From contig OZ245842.1 of NCBI GenBank assembly GCA_965228895.1, positions 1 through 64,000 on the forward strand: a stretch of DNA of 64,000 nucleotides, in the 5' to 3' direction. Shown here piece by piece: positions 1 through 9,814 of this stretch (position 1 is the stretch's first letter; the number at the start of each line of letters is the position of its first letter). The DNA is from Alphaproteobacteria bacterium. Its GTDB lineage: Bacteria > Pseudomonadota > Alphaproteobacteria > SP197. Below the pieces are notes generated by a model that ran no database searches, was not told the DNA's origin, and was given only the letters and a program-made list of their open reading frames with translations. A program made the position numbers and the translations under genes.

Positions 1-676
1 GTTTCACGTCGCTGCCTTCGGGCAGGCCCTTGGCGTAGGCGTCGCACCAGATGGCGTGGATGCCGAGTTTCTGCGGTGCGACGACCTCCCATTCCAGGTT
101 GTCGCCGACGACCCAGGTGGTGTCGGGCGTGCTGTCCAACTGCTCCATCAGGTGCAGGAAGACAGCGGGCTCGGGCTTGCCGATGCCGAACTCGCCCTCG
201 ATCAGGATGTGGTCGAAGCGGTGGGTGAGGTCGAAACGCTCGACCTTGGCGCGCTGGCCTTTGGCGCCGCCGTTGGTGACCAGCGCCAGACGGACATCTA
301 GCCGGCGCAGTTCGTCGATCGTCTCGATGGCGCCGGGGAAGGGTTTCATGGCGGCCTCGCGGTGATCGCTGAACGCATCGGCAATGGTATGGGCGAGCTG
401 CTGGTGGTCGAGCGCGATCGCGGCAAAGGCCTGCATGACAATCGTGCGGCGCGCCTTGCGGATGTTGTGACGCCCGACGCGGTGGCGTTCGGGATCGGAC
501 CAGAAGTTCTGAGCCTCGGCGACGACGCGGTCGTGCAGGCGGTCGTAATCGTCGATCGCTTCGTGCTCGGCGAAGCCATTGAGGACCTGGCGCCACGCAT
601 CGCCTTGCGCGCCATGGGCCGAGATGATGGTGTCATCCAGATCGAGCAGGATAGCCTTCGGCAGATGGTCGGTCAT
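1..676 (-). CDS. HAD-superfamily hydrolase (YjjG/YfnB-like), 3' end outside window
   Basis: Not in the ORF track because it runs off the edge. Manual translation from ATG at 676 gives MTDHLPKAILLDLDDTII (motif I DxD) ...LVTNG (II) ...GKPEP (III) ...VGDNLEWEV (IV). ATGA overlap with the upstream gene's stop. Confidence 0.9.
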   Translation of the reverse strand, partial: MTDHLPKAILLDLDDTIISAHGAQGDAWRQVLNGFAEHEAIDDYDRLHDRVVAEAQNFWSDPERHRVGRHNIRKARRTIVMQAFAAIALDHQQLAHTIADAFSDHREAAMKPFPGAIETIDELRRLDVRLALVTNGGAKGQRAKVERFDLTHRFDHILIEGEFGIGKPEPAVFLHLMEQLDSTPDTTWVVGDNLEWEVVAPQKLGIHAIWCDAYAKGLPEGSDVK

Positions 677-2406
677 GACGGCCTCAAGATGTCGTCGACG
701 AGGCGGGTGGCCTCGTCGAGCAAGGCGACGACGCGGTTGCGTCCCCTGACCAACTGGGTGAGTGCGAAACGCCGGTGATCGTCGTCGAGACCCTCGAGTT
801 CGCCAGCCAGGCTCAAGACCGGAAGCGGTGGGACGGCAAGCGCGGGGTCGTGATCGAAGCGCGGGCCGCGCGTGTAGTCGAGCGGTACAAGGATACGCGC
901 CAAGCGTCGGATCACGGTGTTCGTTTCGCCGGCCGCAAGGTTGCCGTTTTCGGCCGCCCGGTAGAAGTGGCCGAGCCGATCACGCAAGGTTTCCAGGGCC
1001 GCATGCGCCGGTTTGAGGTCGAGCATGTTATCGGCCGCCGTCTGGTAACTGTTGATCGTCGCCGCCATCTCGTCGACGGCGATGCGCCAGTCGAACGGCA
1101 GACGTTCAGCCGTGGCAAGGCGCAGCACGGACAGAAGATAGATCTTCATATCGGTCATCAGGATGTCGCGATCAGCGATCTCCAGCGTGTCGTTTTCCGT
1201 GTGCCAGCCGATATTGCCGCCACAGCCGCCGACCGGGTAGTAGCCTTTCTCGGCGCGCAGGTCGTCGGGCATCTTCGACGACAGCATATAGAAACTCGAA
1301 AGCCCGATATTGTTGAAGGCGTAGTCGCCGGCGCGCGGCGGGCGCACGCAGTCCGGCGTCTTGCCGGCGATCTCCTGGATGACCTCGGTCACCAGCGGTC
1401 TCGCCTCGGCCATGCAGGAGAGTTTGGTGTATTCGGTGGCCCAGCGGCAGCCCGGGCTGTCGCAATCGACCTGGGCGACGCAATGGCGGTCGAGTTCGGT
1501 GGCGAAGGCATCGGCGAACCAGGTGCTGCCCGCATAGCGGCCGGTCGAGTGGCCGGGCCACCAGGCGATCTTGACCGAGCGGCTCAGGGTGTCGCGGTGC
1601 TGCCAGAGGACACGCGCCAGCTCCAGCATGCAGGCATCGCCGGTCGCGTTATCGCCGACGCCGACATCCCAACTGTCGAGATGGCCGTGCAGCAGGACGA
1701 AACTCTCACGATCCGACCCGCCGGAAATGTCGGCGACCAGAACCTTCTGCCGAAACCAGCCTTCCTCGAGCTCGCAGGTCACCTTGGCGGCCTTGCCTTG
1801 GGCGGCGGCCTCGACCAGGGCGTCGCCGTCGGGCCGGTTGACGGCGACCACCGGGATCTTGGGTTTACGGGGCAGGTCGTCCAGGCCCGGCGCGCCCCAG
1901 ATCGTCGTGCAGGTACCCCAATGGATATCGACGCCGGGATTGATCGCGACAACGGCGGCGGCGCCGAGTTCGGCCAGCGGCGTGATGATACCGGGCAGCG
2001 CGAACCCTTCGGTCAGCACGATCTTGCCGCCGACGTCGTCCGCCGTCAGGCCGGCGGCATCGACGCCCATTTCGGAGACCGAGCGCTGGCCGCCCGCCGC
2101 CTGGGCGGGCACGTGGAGCAGGGGCGCCTTGAGTCCTTCGGGGAGGGAGCGGGAGAATGATGAGGGTTTGGCGCGGAAACGGCGGTTGCCAAGCTTGACC
2201 GAGGCCGCGCCGGGCAGGCTCAGATAAAGCTCGGGCTCGTGGACTTCGTGCGGTACGCCGAAGGCGGTGAGCCGAGCGGCGACCATGTCCATGGCCGCGT
2301 TGACGTCGTCGGGGCGTTCGCGCGGGAAGGTCGCGAAACGCTCTATGAGCGCCCAAGGTTCATCGAGGGTGAGCGTTTCGAGGATCGTTTGTTCGGTTGG
2401 GGTCAT
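673..2406 (-). CDS. M28 family Zn-peptidase/amidohydrolase with PA domain
   Basis: HGHLDSW..GVGDNATG metal-ligand motif, C-terminal WHTENDT, PA-like insert (GKIVLTEG..LGAAAVV). Start placed at MTPTEQ (2406), not the ORF-track start 2478. Confidence 0.85.
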   Translation of the reverse strand: MTPTEQTILETLTLDEPWALIERFATFPRERPDDVNAAMDMVAARLTAFGVPHEVHEPELYLSLPGAASVKLGNRRFRAKPSSFSRSLPEGLKAPLLHVPAQAAGGQRSVSEMGVDAAGLTADDVGGKIVLTEGFALPGIITPLAELGAAAVVAINPGVDIHWGTCTTIWGAPGLDDLPRKPKIPVVAVNRPDGDALVEAAAQGKAAKVTCELEEGWFRQKVLVADISGGSDRESFVLLHGHLDSWDVGVGDNATGDACMLELARVLWQHRDTLSRSVKIAWWPGHSTGRYAGSTWFADAFATELDRHCVAQVDCDSPGCRWATEYTKLSCMAEARPLVTEVIQEIAGKTPDCVRPPRAGDYAFNNIGLSSFYMLSSKMPDDLRAEKGYYPVGGCGGNIGWHTENDTLEIADRDILMTDMKIYLLSVLRLATAERLPFDWRIAVDEMAATINSYQTAADNMLDLKPAHAALETLRDRLGHFYRAAENGNLAAGETNTVIRRLARILVPLDYTRGPRFDHDPALAVPPLPVLSLAGELEGLDDDHRRFALTQLVRGRNRVVALLDEATRLVDDILRPS

Positions 2407-2557
2407 AACGCCAAGCATAGTGCCAGCGGCGGCCCAAGGGCGACCCTGCTTTGACGCCTCTGCATGGCGGTCACACACAACACGTTCCCGTGAAACCCTC
2501 GACGTCAGGCCGGTCCGACCTTATGTGATCGTCCTGAACAACCGGACGATCGGCAAC

Positions 2558-3487
2558 ATGGACGTCCTGAGCGACATTCTCGACGTGCTCCAGCTGAAGG
2601 GCACGCTCTATTTCCGCACCGCGTTCTCGCCGCCGTGGTCGGTCGCGGTGCCGGCCTATGCGAAGGCTGCGCGTTTCCACCTGGCGGTCCAGGGTCGGTG
2701 TCACGTGCGGGTCGGCGATGCCATGGATATCGTGCTCAATCCCGGCGACATGGTGCTGATCCCGAACGGGACGGCCCATGTGCTGTCTGACGGCCCCGGC
2801 GAACAGCCGGCGGCGCTGGAGGATGTGCTGGCGCGCGCCGGTTACGACGGTGACGGCGTGCTCACCTATGGCGGCGAGGCCGAACCCGGCGCCGAGACCA
2901 AACTGATTTGCGGTCATCTGAACTTCGCCGAGGGCGCCGATCATCCGCTGCTGCGCGCGTTGCCGGACGTCATCCACATCAACGCCGAACAACGCGCCCG
3001 CGCGCCGTGGCTCGACGAGGTCATGCGTTTGATGACGCGCCAGATGTTCGCGGAAACGCCCGGCATGACGGCCTCGGTGATTCGGCTTTCCGAGGCGCTT
3101 TTCATCGAGGTCGTGCGGACCGGCGCCGATCAGGCACCGGCGTTGCGCGCCATGCTGGAGGCCATGGAAGACCCGCGCATTGGCCGGGCGCTCGGCCTGA
3201 TGCACCGGGATCTCAACCAGGACTGGACGCTTGCCGGGATCGCGCGCGAGGTCGGCATGTCGCGCAGCCGGTTTGCCGAGCAGTTCCAGACCCAGATGGG
3301 TTGCGCGCCCATGACCTATCTCAGCGATCTCAGGCTGCAAAAGGCGATGAACCTTCTGACCGGCACCTCCGAACCGGTCCAGCAGGTCGCCGCCCAGGTC
3401 GGTTATCAGTCGCCTGCGGCGTTCTCCCGCGCCTTCGCCAGCCGCTACGGTACCAGTCCCAGGGACGTTCGGCGGAAAGCCGCGTAG
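2558..3487 (+). CDS. AraC family transcriptional regulator with N-terminal cupin_6 domain
   Basis: MDVLSDIL start typical of this family; C-terminal double HTH (GMSRSRF...VGYQSPAAFSRAF). Confidence 0.92.
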   Translation: MDVLSDILDVLQLKGTLYFRTAFSPPWSVAVPAYAKAARFHLAVQGRCHVRVGDAMDIVLNPGDMVLIPNGTAHVLSDGPGEQPAALEDVLARAGYDGDGVLTYGGEAEPGAETKLICGHLNFAEGADHPLLRALPDVIHINAEQRARAPWLDEVMRLMTRQMFAETPGMTASVIRLSEALFIEVVRTGADQAPALRAMLEAMEDPRIGRALGLMHRDLNQDWTLAGIAREVGMSRSRFAEQFQTQMGCAPMTYLSDLRLQKAMNLLTGTSEPVQQVAAQVGYQSPAAFSRAFASRYGTSPRDVRRKAA

Positions 3488-3633
3488 TCAGTTTCTTTGC
3501 CGATCGTCCTGAGTTCGATGCAAGAGATACCAGATATCTCATCTCTGATTGCCTAGGCGTCCTGTTCTCCCACATGCATGCCGTGACCGGCGATGGTCGC
3601 CGGCATCAAATGCAAAGCTCTAGGAGAACAGTG

Positions 3634-4137
3634 ATGACCCTCTCAAATTCCAAGCTCGCGAAACTCGCTGCCGCCGCCGCCGTGTCGACGGCGCTGTTGG
3701 GTACCATGGCGCCGGTGCAGGCGGCAGACGAGATCAATGCCGGCCCCGGTCTCTCGATCGTCGGGGCGCCGCTTGCGCTCCACGGCTACGACCCCGTTGC
3801 CTACTTTACCGATGGCGCACCGACGCTCGGAACCGACACCTATGTCAGCGTTCACGACGGCGCGGCCTATCGTTTCGCCAGTCAGGATCACCTCGACCGG
3901 TTCGAGGCCGATCCCGAACGTTACGTTCCCGCCTATGGCGGTTTCTGCGCCTATGGTGTGGCGGTTGGCGCCAAGTTCGACGGTGATCCCCGCTTGTGGC
4001 GGATCGAGGACGGCCAGCTCTATCTGAATCTGAACCAGGAAATCTACGAGACGTTCCTGGAAGACGTTCCCGGCTACATCGAAGACGCCGACGAAAACTG
4101 GCAGGAGATCGAGCACGTCGCCGTGGCCGATCTCTAA
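3634..4137 (+). CDS. Secreted YHS-domain-containing protein
   Basis: RBS AGGAGA upstream; Ala-rich signal peptide; GYDPVAYF...YRFAS...PAYGGFCAYG...LYLN motifs. Confidence 0.88.
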   Translation: MTLSNSKLAKLAAAAAVSTALLGTMAPVQAADEINAGPGLSIVGAPLALHGYDPVAYFTDGAPTLGTDTYVSVHDGAAYRFASQDHLDRFEADPERYVPAYGGFCAYGVAVGAKFDGDPRLWRIEDGQLYLNLNQEIYETFLEDVPGYIEDADENWQEIEHVAVADL

Positions 4138-4160
4138 CGATCATACGTGCGTTCCGAAAC

Positions 4161-4193
4161 CGGCGTCGGGAAGCCTTCCGCTTCCCGGCGCCG
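4161..4193. terminator. GC-rich hairpin between convergent genes, probable terminator
   Basis: CGGCGTCGGGAAG-N7-CTTCCCGGCGCCG between the stops at 4137 and 4202. Confidence 0.55.
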
Positions 4194-4201
4194 TTCGCGT
4201 T

Positions 4202-5575
4202 TCAGATCCGGTCGTGACGTTCGATCGTGAACCACGCGGCGAAAAGGGCGAGCAGCATGGTGGCACCGGTCATGAAGAAGAGGTTGGCGTAGTTGCCCGT
4301 CGCCACCAGCATGGTACTGCACAGGGCGACGCCGATGGTGCCGCCCAGCATCTGAATGGTCAGGTTGACGCCGCCGGCCTGGCCGCGATGGGTCGCCGGC
4401 ACCGCGCTCATCACCGCGCGTCGTGTCGGCACCGCCACGACCGGCATCGCCGCACCCCACACCGCGAGCGCTGCGATGATGACGGCGTGGCTGTTCGCTT
4501 CCATGCCGACACCGACAACGATCAGCGCGAGTCCCTGCACCAAGAGGCCGAGCGTGAGCGGCACCCGTGAGCCCAATCGATCGGCGGTCTTGCCGGCCAA
4601 GAGCGATGTCGCGATCGTCGGCGCCACCGCGACCAGCACAATGAGACCGGCGTCGATCGGCGAGTCATGCAGGATGTCCTGGAGATAGAGCGCCACAAAC
4701 ACAAAGACCGCGAGCTTGCTCCACTGAAAGACGAAGAAGACGAGGTTGCCGCCGGAGAACGTCGCGATGCGCAAGAGGCCGAGTTCAAACAGCGGATGGG
4801 CGCGCCGCAGTTCGACCGCGACAAAGGCGACAAGCAGCACGGTGCCGGCGGCGAAGAACGACAGCGTCGCGGCGGATTGCCAGCCCCAGGTGTCTCCCTC
4901 CATCAGGGCGACGACCAGTGCGGACAGGCCGGCGATCAGCGTAATGAGACCGGGAAAATCGATGCCCGCGCGCGGCTTCTTGTCCTGGGATTGGGCGGCC
5001 TGTTTTTCGGCTGACCAGCCGACCATGGCAAACGTGCCGACGACGGAGACGACCGGCAGGTTGATCCAGAATATCCAGCGCCATGAGATGGTTTCGGAAA
5101 AGAATCCGCCGACCAGAGGGCCCATCGACATGAAGGTCGCGCCGACCGTTGTCTGGATGCCGAGTGCCAGGCCGCGTTCCTTCAGTTCAAACGTGTGGGT
5201 GATGGCGGCCAGCGAGGTCGGAAAGATGATCGCGCCGCCGATCCCCTGGAAGGCGCGCGCGGAAATCAGCCAGGCGCCATTCGGGGCAAAGCCGGCGGCG
5301 AGTGATGCCAGTCCGAAGATCGTGACTCCGGCGAGAAAGAGATCGCGCTGACCGATCACATCACCCAACCGCCCGCCAACGGCGACAAAGCAGGTGAAGG
5401 TCAGGAAGTAGGCGTTGACGACCCAATGGGCGCCGGTCTTGGTCATGCCGAGTTCCGGCTGGATCGTGGCGAGCGCCACGCCGACCACGGTCTCGTCCAG
5501 GACGACCAGGCCCATGACGCCGCTCATGGCGGCCAATAGCCACCATTTGCGGTTCGTCTCGTTGATTGCCCCCAT
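4202..5575 (-). CDS. MFS transporter, DHA2 (EmrB/QacA-like)
   Basis: LDETVV, GGRLGDVIGQR motif A, GPLVGG motif C, WRWIFWINLP; about 14 hydrophobic segments. Confidence 0.9.
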   Translation of the reverse strand: MGAINETNRKWWLLAAMSGVMGLVVLDETVVGVALATIQPELGMTKTGAHWVVNAYFLTFTCFVAVGGRLGDVIGQRDLFLAGVTIFGLASLAAGFAPNGAWLISARAFQGIGGAIIFPTSLAAITHTFELKERGLALGIQTTVGATFMSMGPLVGGFFSETISWRWIFWINLPVVSVVGTFAMVGWSAEKQAAQSQDKKPRAGIDFPGLITLIAGLSALVVALMEGDTWGWQSAATLSFFAAGTVLLVAFVAVELRRAHPLFELGLLRIATFSGGNLVFFVFQWSKLAVFVFVALYLQDILHDSPIDAGLIVLVAVAPTIATSLLAGKTADRLGSRVPLTLGLLVQGLALIVVGVGMEANSHAVIIAALAVWGAAMPVVAVPTRRAVMSAVPATHRGQAGGVNLTIQMLGGTIGVALCSTMLVATGNYANLFFMTGATMLLALFAAWFTIERHDRI

Positions 5576-5593
5576 GCCCCCTGATCCCTTCCG

Positions 5594-6439
5594 TCAGACC
5601 GGCGGTTCGTCGACCGGGTTTGCCGCGTGTTGCAGGTAGCGGCCGGGCGTTGCACCCAGGGTGCGGCGGAACATGGTGATGAAGGCGCTCGGGCTGTCGT
5701 AGCCCAAATCGTAGGCGACGGCGGTCACGGGCTTGCCCTCGGCGAGCCGGCCGATCGCGGCGAGCAGGCGGCGGCGTTGGCGCCAGGTGCCGAAGGTCAT
5801 GCCGGTCTCCTTGACAAACAGCCGCGCCAACGTGCGCTCGCTGGCGCCGGCGGTCTTCGCCCAGGCCCTCAGGTCGCGCCCGTCGCTGGGATCGGCGATC
5901 AGCGCATCGGTCACCGTGCGCAGCCGGGGATCGGTCGGCAGCGGCAGATGCAGCGGCTCGGCATCAAGCCGGGCGAGCTCGTCGGGGATCACCGCCATCA
6001 GGCGCGCTTCCGGTCCGTCGGGCGGATAGTCCAGGCCGATTTCGATCGCACGCATGATGAGTTCGCGCAGCAGGGGCGACACGCTGACGACGCAACACGT
6101 CGTCGGCAGATCGTCGAGCACCGACGGGTCGAGATAAAGCGAGCGCATGGCGACCAGTTGCTTGGACGAGACGTCGTGCTCGGTCTCAGCCGGCACCCAG
6201 ACCGCCTGCTGCGGCGGCACCACCCAGGTGCCGTCACGGGTGCTCACCGTCATGACGCCTTCAATGGCGAACAGCAACTGGGCGCGGCGATGGCGATGCC
6301 AGCCGGTTTCATAGGGGCCGCTGTCGCGCGCGAACCCCAGCACCGGGCGCACAGGGTCGATCATCGCGCCGGGGTCAGGCTCGTTCAGGAAGCGGCTGCC
6401 GTCCCGTATCGGCTGATCTTGGTGACCGTTTTGCGTCAT
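5594..6439 (-). CDS. AraC family regulator (cupin + HTH, NimR-like)
   Basis: WHRHRRAQL cupin, ASERTLARLF, LGYDSPSAFITMF. Confidence 0.9.
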   Translation of the reverse strand: MTQNGHQDQPIRDGSRFLNEPDPGAMIDPVRPVLGFARDSGPYETGWHRHRRAQLLFAIEGVMTVSTRDGTWVVPPQQAVWVPAETEHDVSSKQLVAMRSLYLDPSVLDDLPTTCCVVSVSPLLRELIMRAIEIGLDYPPDGPEARLMAVIPDELARLDAEPLHLPLPTDPRLRTVTDALIADPSDGRDLRAWAKTAGASERTLARLFVKETGMTFGTWRQRRRLLAAIGRLAEGKPVTAVAYDLGYDSPSAFITMFRRTLGATPGRYLQHAANPVDEPPV

Positions 6440-6493
6440 CGAATGTCAGTCTATAGCAGGACGGGCATCCTGAAAATCGCTACATAGTCCCTC

Positions 6494-7729
6494 ATGCGAT
6501 TGCTCAAACCCCTTCTCCGCGACTGGCACGGCGTTCTGGACCAGGGCTGGCGCAGCCCGCAGATCCTGCTGCTGCTGTTCGCCGCTTCGCTGCCGCTCGC
6601 CTTCGAGGCCTGGGCCGTCCTGCTCAACAACTTTTCGATCGAGCAGGCGAATTTTACCGGGCGCGAGATCGGTATCCTGCAGTCGCTGCGCGAGGTGCCG
6701 GGTTTCCTCGCCTTCACCGTCGTCTTCATGCTGCTGATCTGGAAGCAGCAGACCTTCGCGGTGCTGTCGCTGGCGATCATGGGTCTGGGCGTTGCCCTGA
6801 CCGGCTTCTTCCCGACCGTGTGGGGGCTCTATTTCACGACCGTCATCATGTCGACGGGGTTTCACTATCTGGCGACCATGGAACAGGCACTCGCCATGCA
6901 GTGGACCGAGCCCAAGGAGCTGCCGGTCGTCCTGGGCCGCATGGCGGCTGCGGCATCGCTCGCCTCGCTGGTCACGTTCGGGCTCGTCTATGTGGCGCTC
7001 AGCGTCTTCGACATGGCGTTCGTCTGGGTCTACTTCATCGCCGGCATCGCCGTGATGGGCGTTGCCGTGTTCGCCTGGGTCGGCTTCCCGCACTTCCCGG
7101 CCACGTCCTATCAGAACATGACCATCATCTTGCGGAAGCGCTACTGGCTCTATTACGCGCTGGAGTTCATGTCGGGCGCGCGCCGGCAGATCTTCATGGT
7201 GTTCGCCGCCTTCATGATGGTCGAGAAATTCCACTACGACGCCGAGATGATCACGCTTCTGTTCCTGGTGAACTGCGTCATCTCGATCTGGCTTGCGCCC
7301 AAGATCGGTAACCTGATCAAACGCTGGGGCGAACGTCCGGCCCTGGTGCTGGAATATGTCGGCCTGATCGGCGTCTTCGTCGCCTACGCTTTTGTCGAGG
7401 TCGGCTGGATGGCGGCCGCGCTTTACATCATCGACCACATGTTCTTTGCGCTCGCCTTCGCGATCAAAAGCTATTTCCGCAAGATCGCCGATCCCACCGA
7501 GATCGCCTCGACCGCCGGCGTCTCGTTCACCATTAACCACATCGCCGCGGTCGGCCTACCGGCGGCGCTGGGGTTCGTCTGGCTCTACAGCCACTCCCTG
7601 GTTTTCCTGATCGGGGCCGGCCTGGCGGCGGGGTCGCTGGTGCTGGCGCTGCTCATCCCGCGCGACCCCGATTGGGGCAACGAGACGACGGTCTGGCGCA
7701 GCCGGACCGTACCGTCAGCCGCTGAGTAA
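6494..7729 (+). CDS. MFS transporter
   Basis: About 12 TM segments, LQSLREVPG and SGARRQIF motifs; divergent from the AraC gene. Confidence 0.85.
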   Translation: MRLLKPLLRDWHGVLDQGWRSPQILLLLFAASLPLAFEAWAVLLNNFSIEQANFTGREIGILQSLREVPGFLAFTVVFMLLIWKQQTFAVLSLAIMGLGVALTGFFPTVWGLYFTTVIMSTGFHYLATMEQALAMQWTEPKELPVVLGRMAAAASLASLVTFGLVYVALSVFDMAFVWVYFIAGIAVMGVAVFAWVGFPHFPATSYQNMTIILRKRYWLYYALEFMSGARRQIFMVFAAFMMVEKFHYDAEMITLLFLVNCVISIWLAPKIGNLIKRWGERPALVLEYVGLIGVFVAYAFVEVGWMAAALYIIDHMFFALAFAIKSYFRKIADPTEIASTAGVSFTINHIAAVGLPAALGFVWLYSHSLVFLIGAGLAAGSLVLALLIPRDPDWGNETTVWRSRTVPSAAE

Positions 7730-7772
7730 ATCTGCATCATTCTCCGCTCACGCGGAATCGGGGGCGTGGGCT

Positions 7773-7802
7773 GGTGATGCCAACTAAACTGGATACGCTC
7801 TA
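7773..7802 (-). repeat. Truncated/degenerate copy of the TAGAGC hairpin element
   Basis: Minus strand TAGAGCGTATCCAGTTTAGTTGGCATCAC resembles TAGAGCAGATCCCAGTTTGTTGGCATCGC at 8759; its TAG is the PhyH stop. Confidence 0.6.
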
Positions 7803-8726
7803 AGCGCTCAGGCGCACGCCCGGATCGCGGGGTGTCGGCTTCGAGTCCTCGCCTGCCTGATAGGCATAGATCGACGTATAGCCACCCGACCAGTCCGGCG
7901 GTATCGGGCACGGTTCGGGATCGTGATGCGCCCAGGTCGCCGGCTCGCCGCGCACGAACTCGCGGTAGTGATGGGAGTGCGATGACTTCGGCGAGGTATA
8001 GGGAAACGCGTCCGCCGCCGCATAGGCGTTGATCAGAAGCGGACGTCCGTTCGCTCGCGTCGTCGGTTTGGAACCGTGCACCGCGCGACTGTGGTGGATC
8101 GTGATCGATCCCTTGGGTCCGGGCAGATACGTGGCGGTGTCGGTCGCCAGCGTTGCGATATCGCTGTCGCGCAGCGCGCCGGTCCAGATGCCGCGGTCGT
8201 CGAAGTGCTCGAAGATCGGACCCTTGTGGCTGCCCGGAATGACACCCAGCGGCCCGTCCTCCATGGCGACATCGACCAGATAGGTGCCGATGGCGAGCAC
8301 GTTGTAGTTGGTGTGCGGATAGAACGGGATGTCCTGGTGCCACTTCACGTCGTCGCGGCCGTCGGACCATTTGAAGTTGAGCTTGGAGTGATTGAACGTC
8401 ACGTCAGAGCCCAGCAGGTCGGCAGCGATGTCGGCGATGATGCCGTTGGCAAAATCCCAATAGGTTTCGTCCATCGCGTCGGGCGCGGTCAAGCGGCGCA
8501 CGACAGGGTGGTCGCTGCTGTGGCCGGGTCCGATATCGATGTGATCGTCGGACGCCGTCATGATGCGGCTTCTTTCGACCATGCGGGCGGTCACCGCGTT
8601 GATCGTGTCGATTACATCGTCGGGGATAACGCTTTCGACCAGCAGATAGCCGTTCTCGAAGTAACTCTCCCGTTGGTCTTGGGTCAGCACGCGGGGTGCG
8701 CAGGCCAAAATAGCGTCGGGTGTCAT
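7800..8726 (-). CDS. Phytanoyl-CoA dioxygenase (PhyH) family Fe(II)/2OG oxygenase
   Basis: YFENGY, WHQD (HxD), IPGSH, distal VHGS and downstream Arg. Confidence 0.9.
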   Translation of the reverse strand: MTPDAILACAPRVLTQDQRESYFENGYLLVESVIPDDVIDTINAVTARMVERSRIMTASDDHIDIGPGHSSDHPVVRRLTAPDAMDETYWDFANGIIADIAADLLGSDVTFNHSKLNFKWSDGRDDVKWHQDIPFYPHTNYNVLAIGTYLVDVAMEDGPLGVIPGSHKGPIFEHFDDRGIWTGALRDSDIATLATDTATYLPGPKGSITIHHSRAVHGSKPTTRANGRPLLINAYAAADAFPYTSPKSSHSHHYREFVRGEPATWAHHDPEPCPIPPDWSGGYTSIYAYQAGEDSKPTPRDPGVRLSA

Positions 8727-8758
8727 GGCGAGCCTCTTTCAAGCACGCGGTTCCGGCA

Positions 8759-8897
8759 TAGAGCAGATCCCAGTTTGTTGGCATCGCTTCGCGATGAAAC
8801 CGAAATGGGTGAATCTGCTCTAACGCAATGATGTAGAGCGGATTCACACGACGTGATCGAACCGTCGGTGGTTCGATCACGTCGTGATCCGCTCTAG
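8759..8897. repeat. Composite palindromic element: two ~64-bp TAGAGC hairpin modules in inverted orientation
   Basis: 8759-8822 TAGAGCAGATC...GTGAATCTGCTCTA; 11-bp spacer; 8834-8897 TAGAGCGGATTCAC...GATCCGCTCTAG with a perfect 16-bp inner stem. Confidence 0.85.
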
Positions 8898-8953
8898 GAT
8901 GCGCCCAACGCCGAGCCGGCGTCCAGCGTGAATGAACTGGGGAGTTTTGGTGA

Positions 8954-9697
8954 ATGATAGGTTTTCTGGACGGCAAGTTCGCCCTGGTGACGGGCGCCGC
9001 CTCTGGCATCGGCCAGGCGATCGCGGTGGCGTTCGCGGGTGAGGGCGCGACGGTAGCGCTGGCGGATATCGGCGACACCGCCGAGACCGAACGACGGATC
9101 GCCGAAGCCGGTGGCAAGACCCTGGCGGTCCCGATGGATGTCAGCGACGAACAATCAGTCATCGATGGCGTGGCCGGCGCGGTCAAAACTTTGGGCAGTT
9201 TGGACATCTCTGTCGCCAGCGCCGGGATCGCGCTCGACGTGCCGCTGCTGGAAACGACCCGTGCCGAGTGGGACCGCGTCATCGGCATCAACCTGACCGG
9301 TGTTTTCTTCACCGGCCGCGAGTCGATCCGCGCCATGAGCGATCACGGCCAAGGCGGGCGCATCATCGTGATCTCGTCCGACCACGCGTTCTTTAGTTGG
9401 AAGGAGCGTTCAGCCTATTGTGCGTCGAAAGCCGGCGTGCTGGGCCTGGTGCGTGTCTGGGCCGAAGAGTTCGCACCCGACATTCTGGTCAACGCCATCT
9501 GCCCGGGACCGGTCGAAACGCCCTTGCTGATGGACGAGATGACGCCGGAGATCATGGCGCGCGAGACCGACATTCCGCTGCGCCGTCTCGGCCAGCCGGA
9601 CGAAATCGCCGCCGCGGCGTTGGCGCTTGCCGGCAAGGCAGGCAGCTTCACCACCGGTCAGGCCTGGGGCGTCAACGGCGGCTCCGCGATGCGGTGA
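8954..9697 (+). CDS. SDR family NAD(P)-dependent oxidoreductase
   Basis: TGAASGIG, YCASK catalytic motif, VNAICPG. Confidence 0.93.
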   Translation: MIGFLDGKFALVTGAASGIGQAIAVAFAGEGATVALADIGDTAETERRIAEAGGKTLAVPMDVSDEQSVIDGVAGAVKTLGSLDISVASAGIALDVPLLETTRAEWDRVIGINLTGVFFTGRESIRAMSDHGQGGRIIVISSDHAFFSWKERSAYCASKAGVLGLVRVWAEEFAPDILVNAICPGPVETPLLMDEMTPEIMARETDIPLRRLGQPDEIAAAALALAGKAGSFTTGQAWGVNGGSAMR

Positions 9698-9728
9698 GGG
9701 GTGTCTTTCGATGGTTGCGCCATAGCCA

Positions 9729-9791
9729 GCCCCCTCCCCCTCCCGACCACCCATGGCAGCATCCTCCGGGTGGTCGAGAGGGAGAGTGGGC
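9729..9791. repeat. CCCTCCC...GGGAGAG-type intergenic palindrome (REP-like)
   Basis: CCCTCCCGACCACCC...GGGTGGTCGAGAGGG hairpin between convergent genes; similar motifs at 31085-31240. Confidence 0.5.
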
Positions 9792-9814
9792 TGGTGCAGC
9801 AGCAGACAAGTCCC

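Noticed and set aside
2412-2427. Sigma54-like TGGCAC-N5-TTGG upstream of the M28 gene
   Set aside because: Lacks the -12 GC and is too close to the start codon.
3634-4137. Selenoprotein possibility for the YHS-domain protein
   Set aside because: The conserved position is an ordinary Cys codon (GGFCAYG, TGC); no in-frame TGA.
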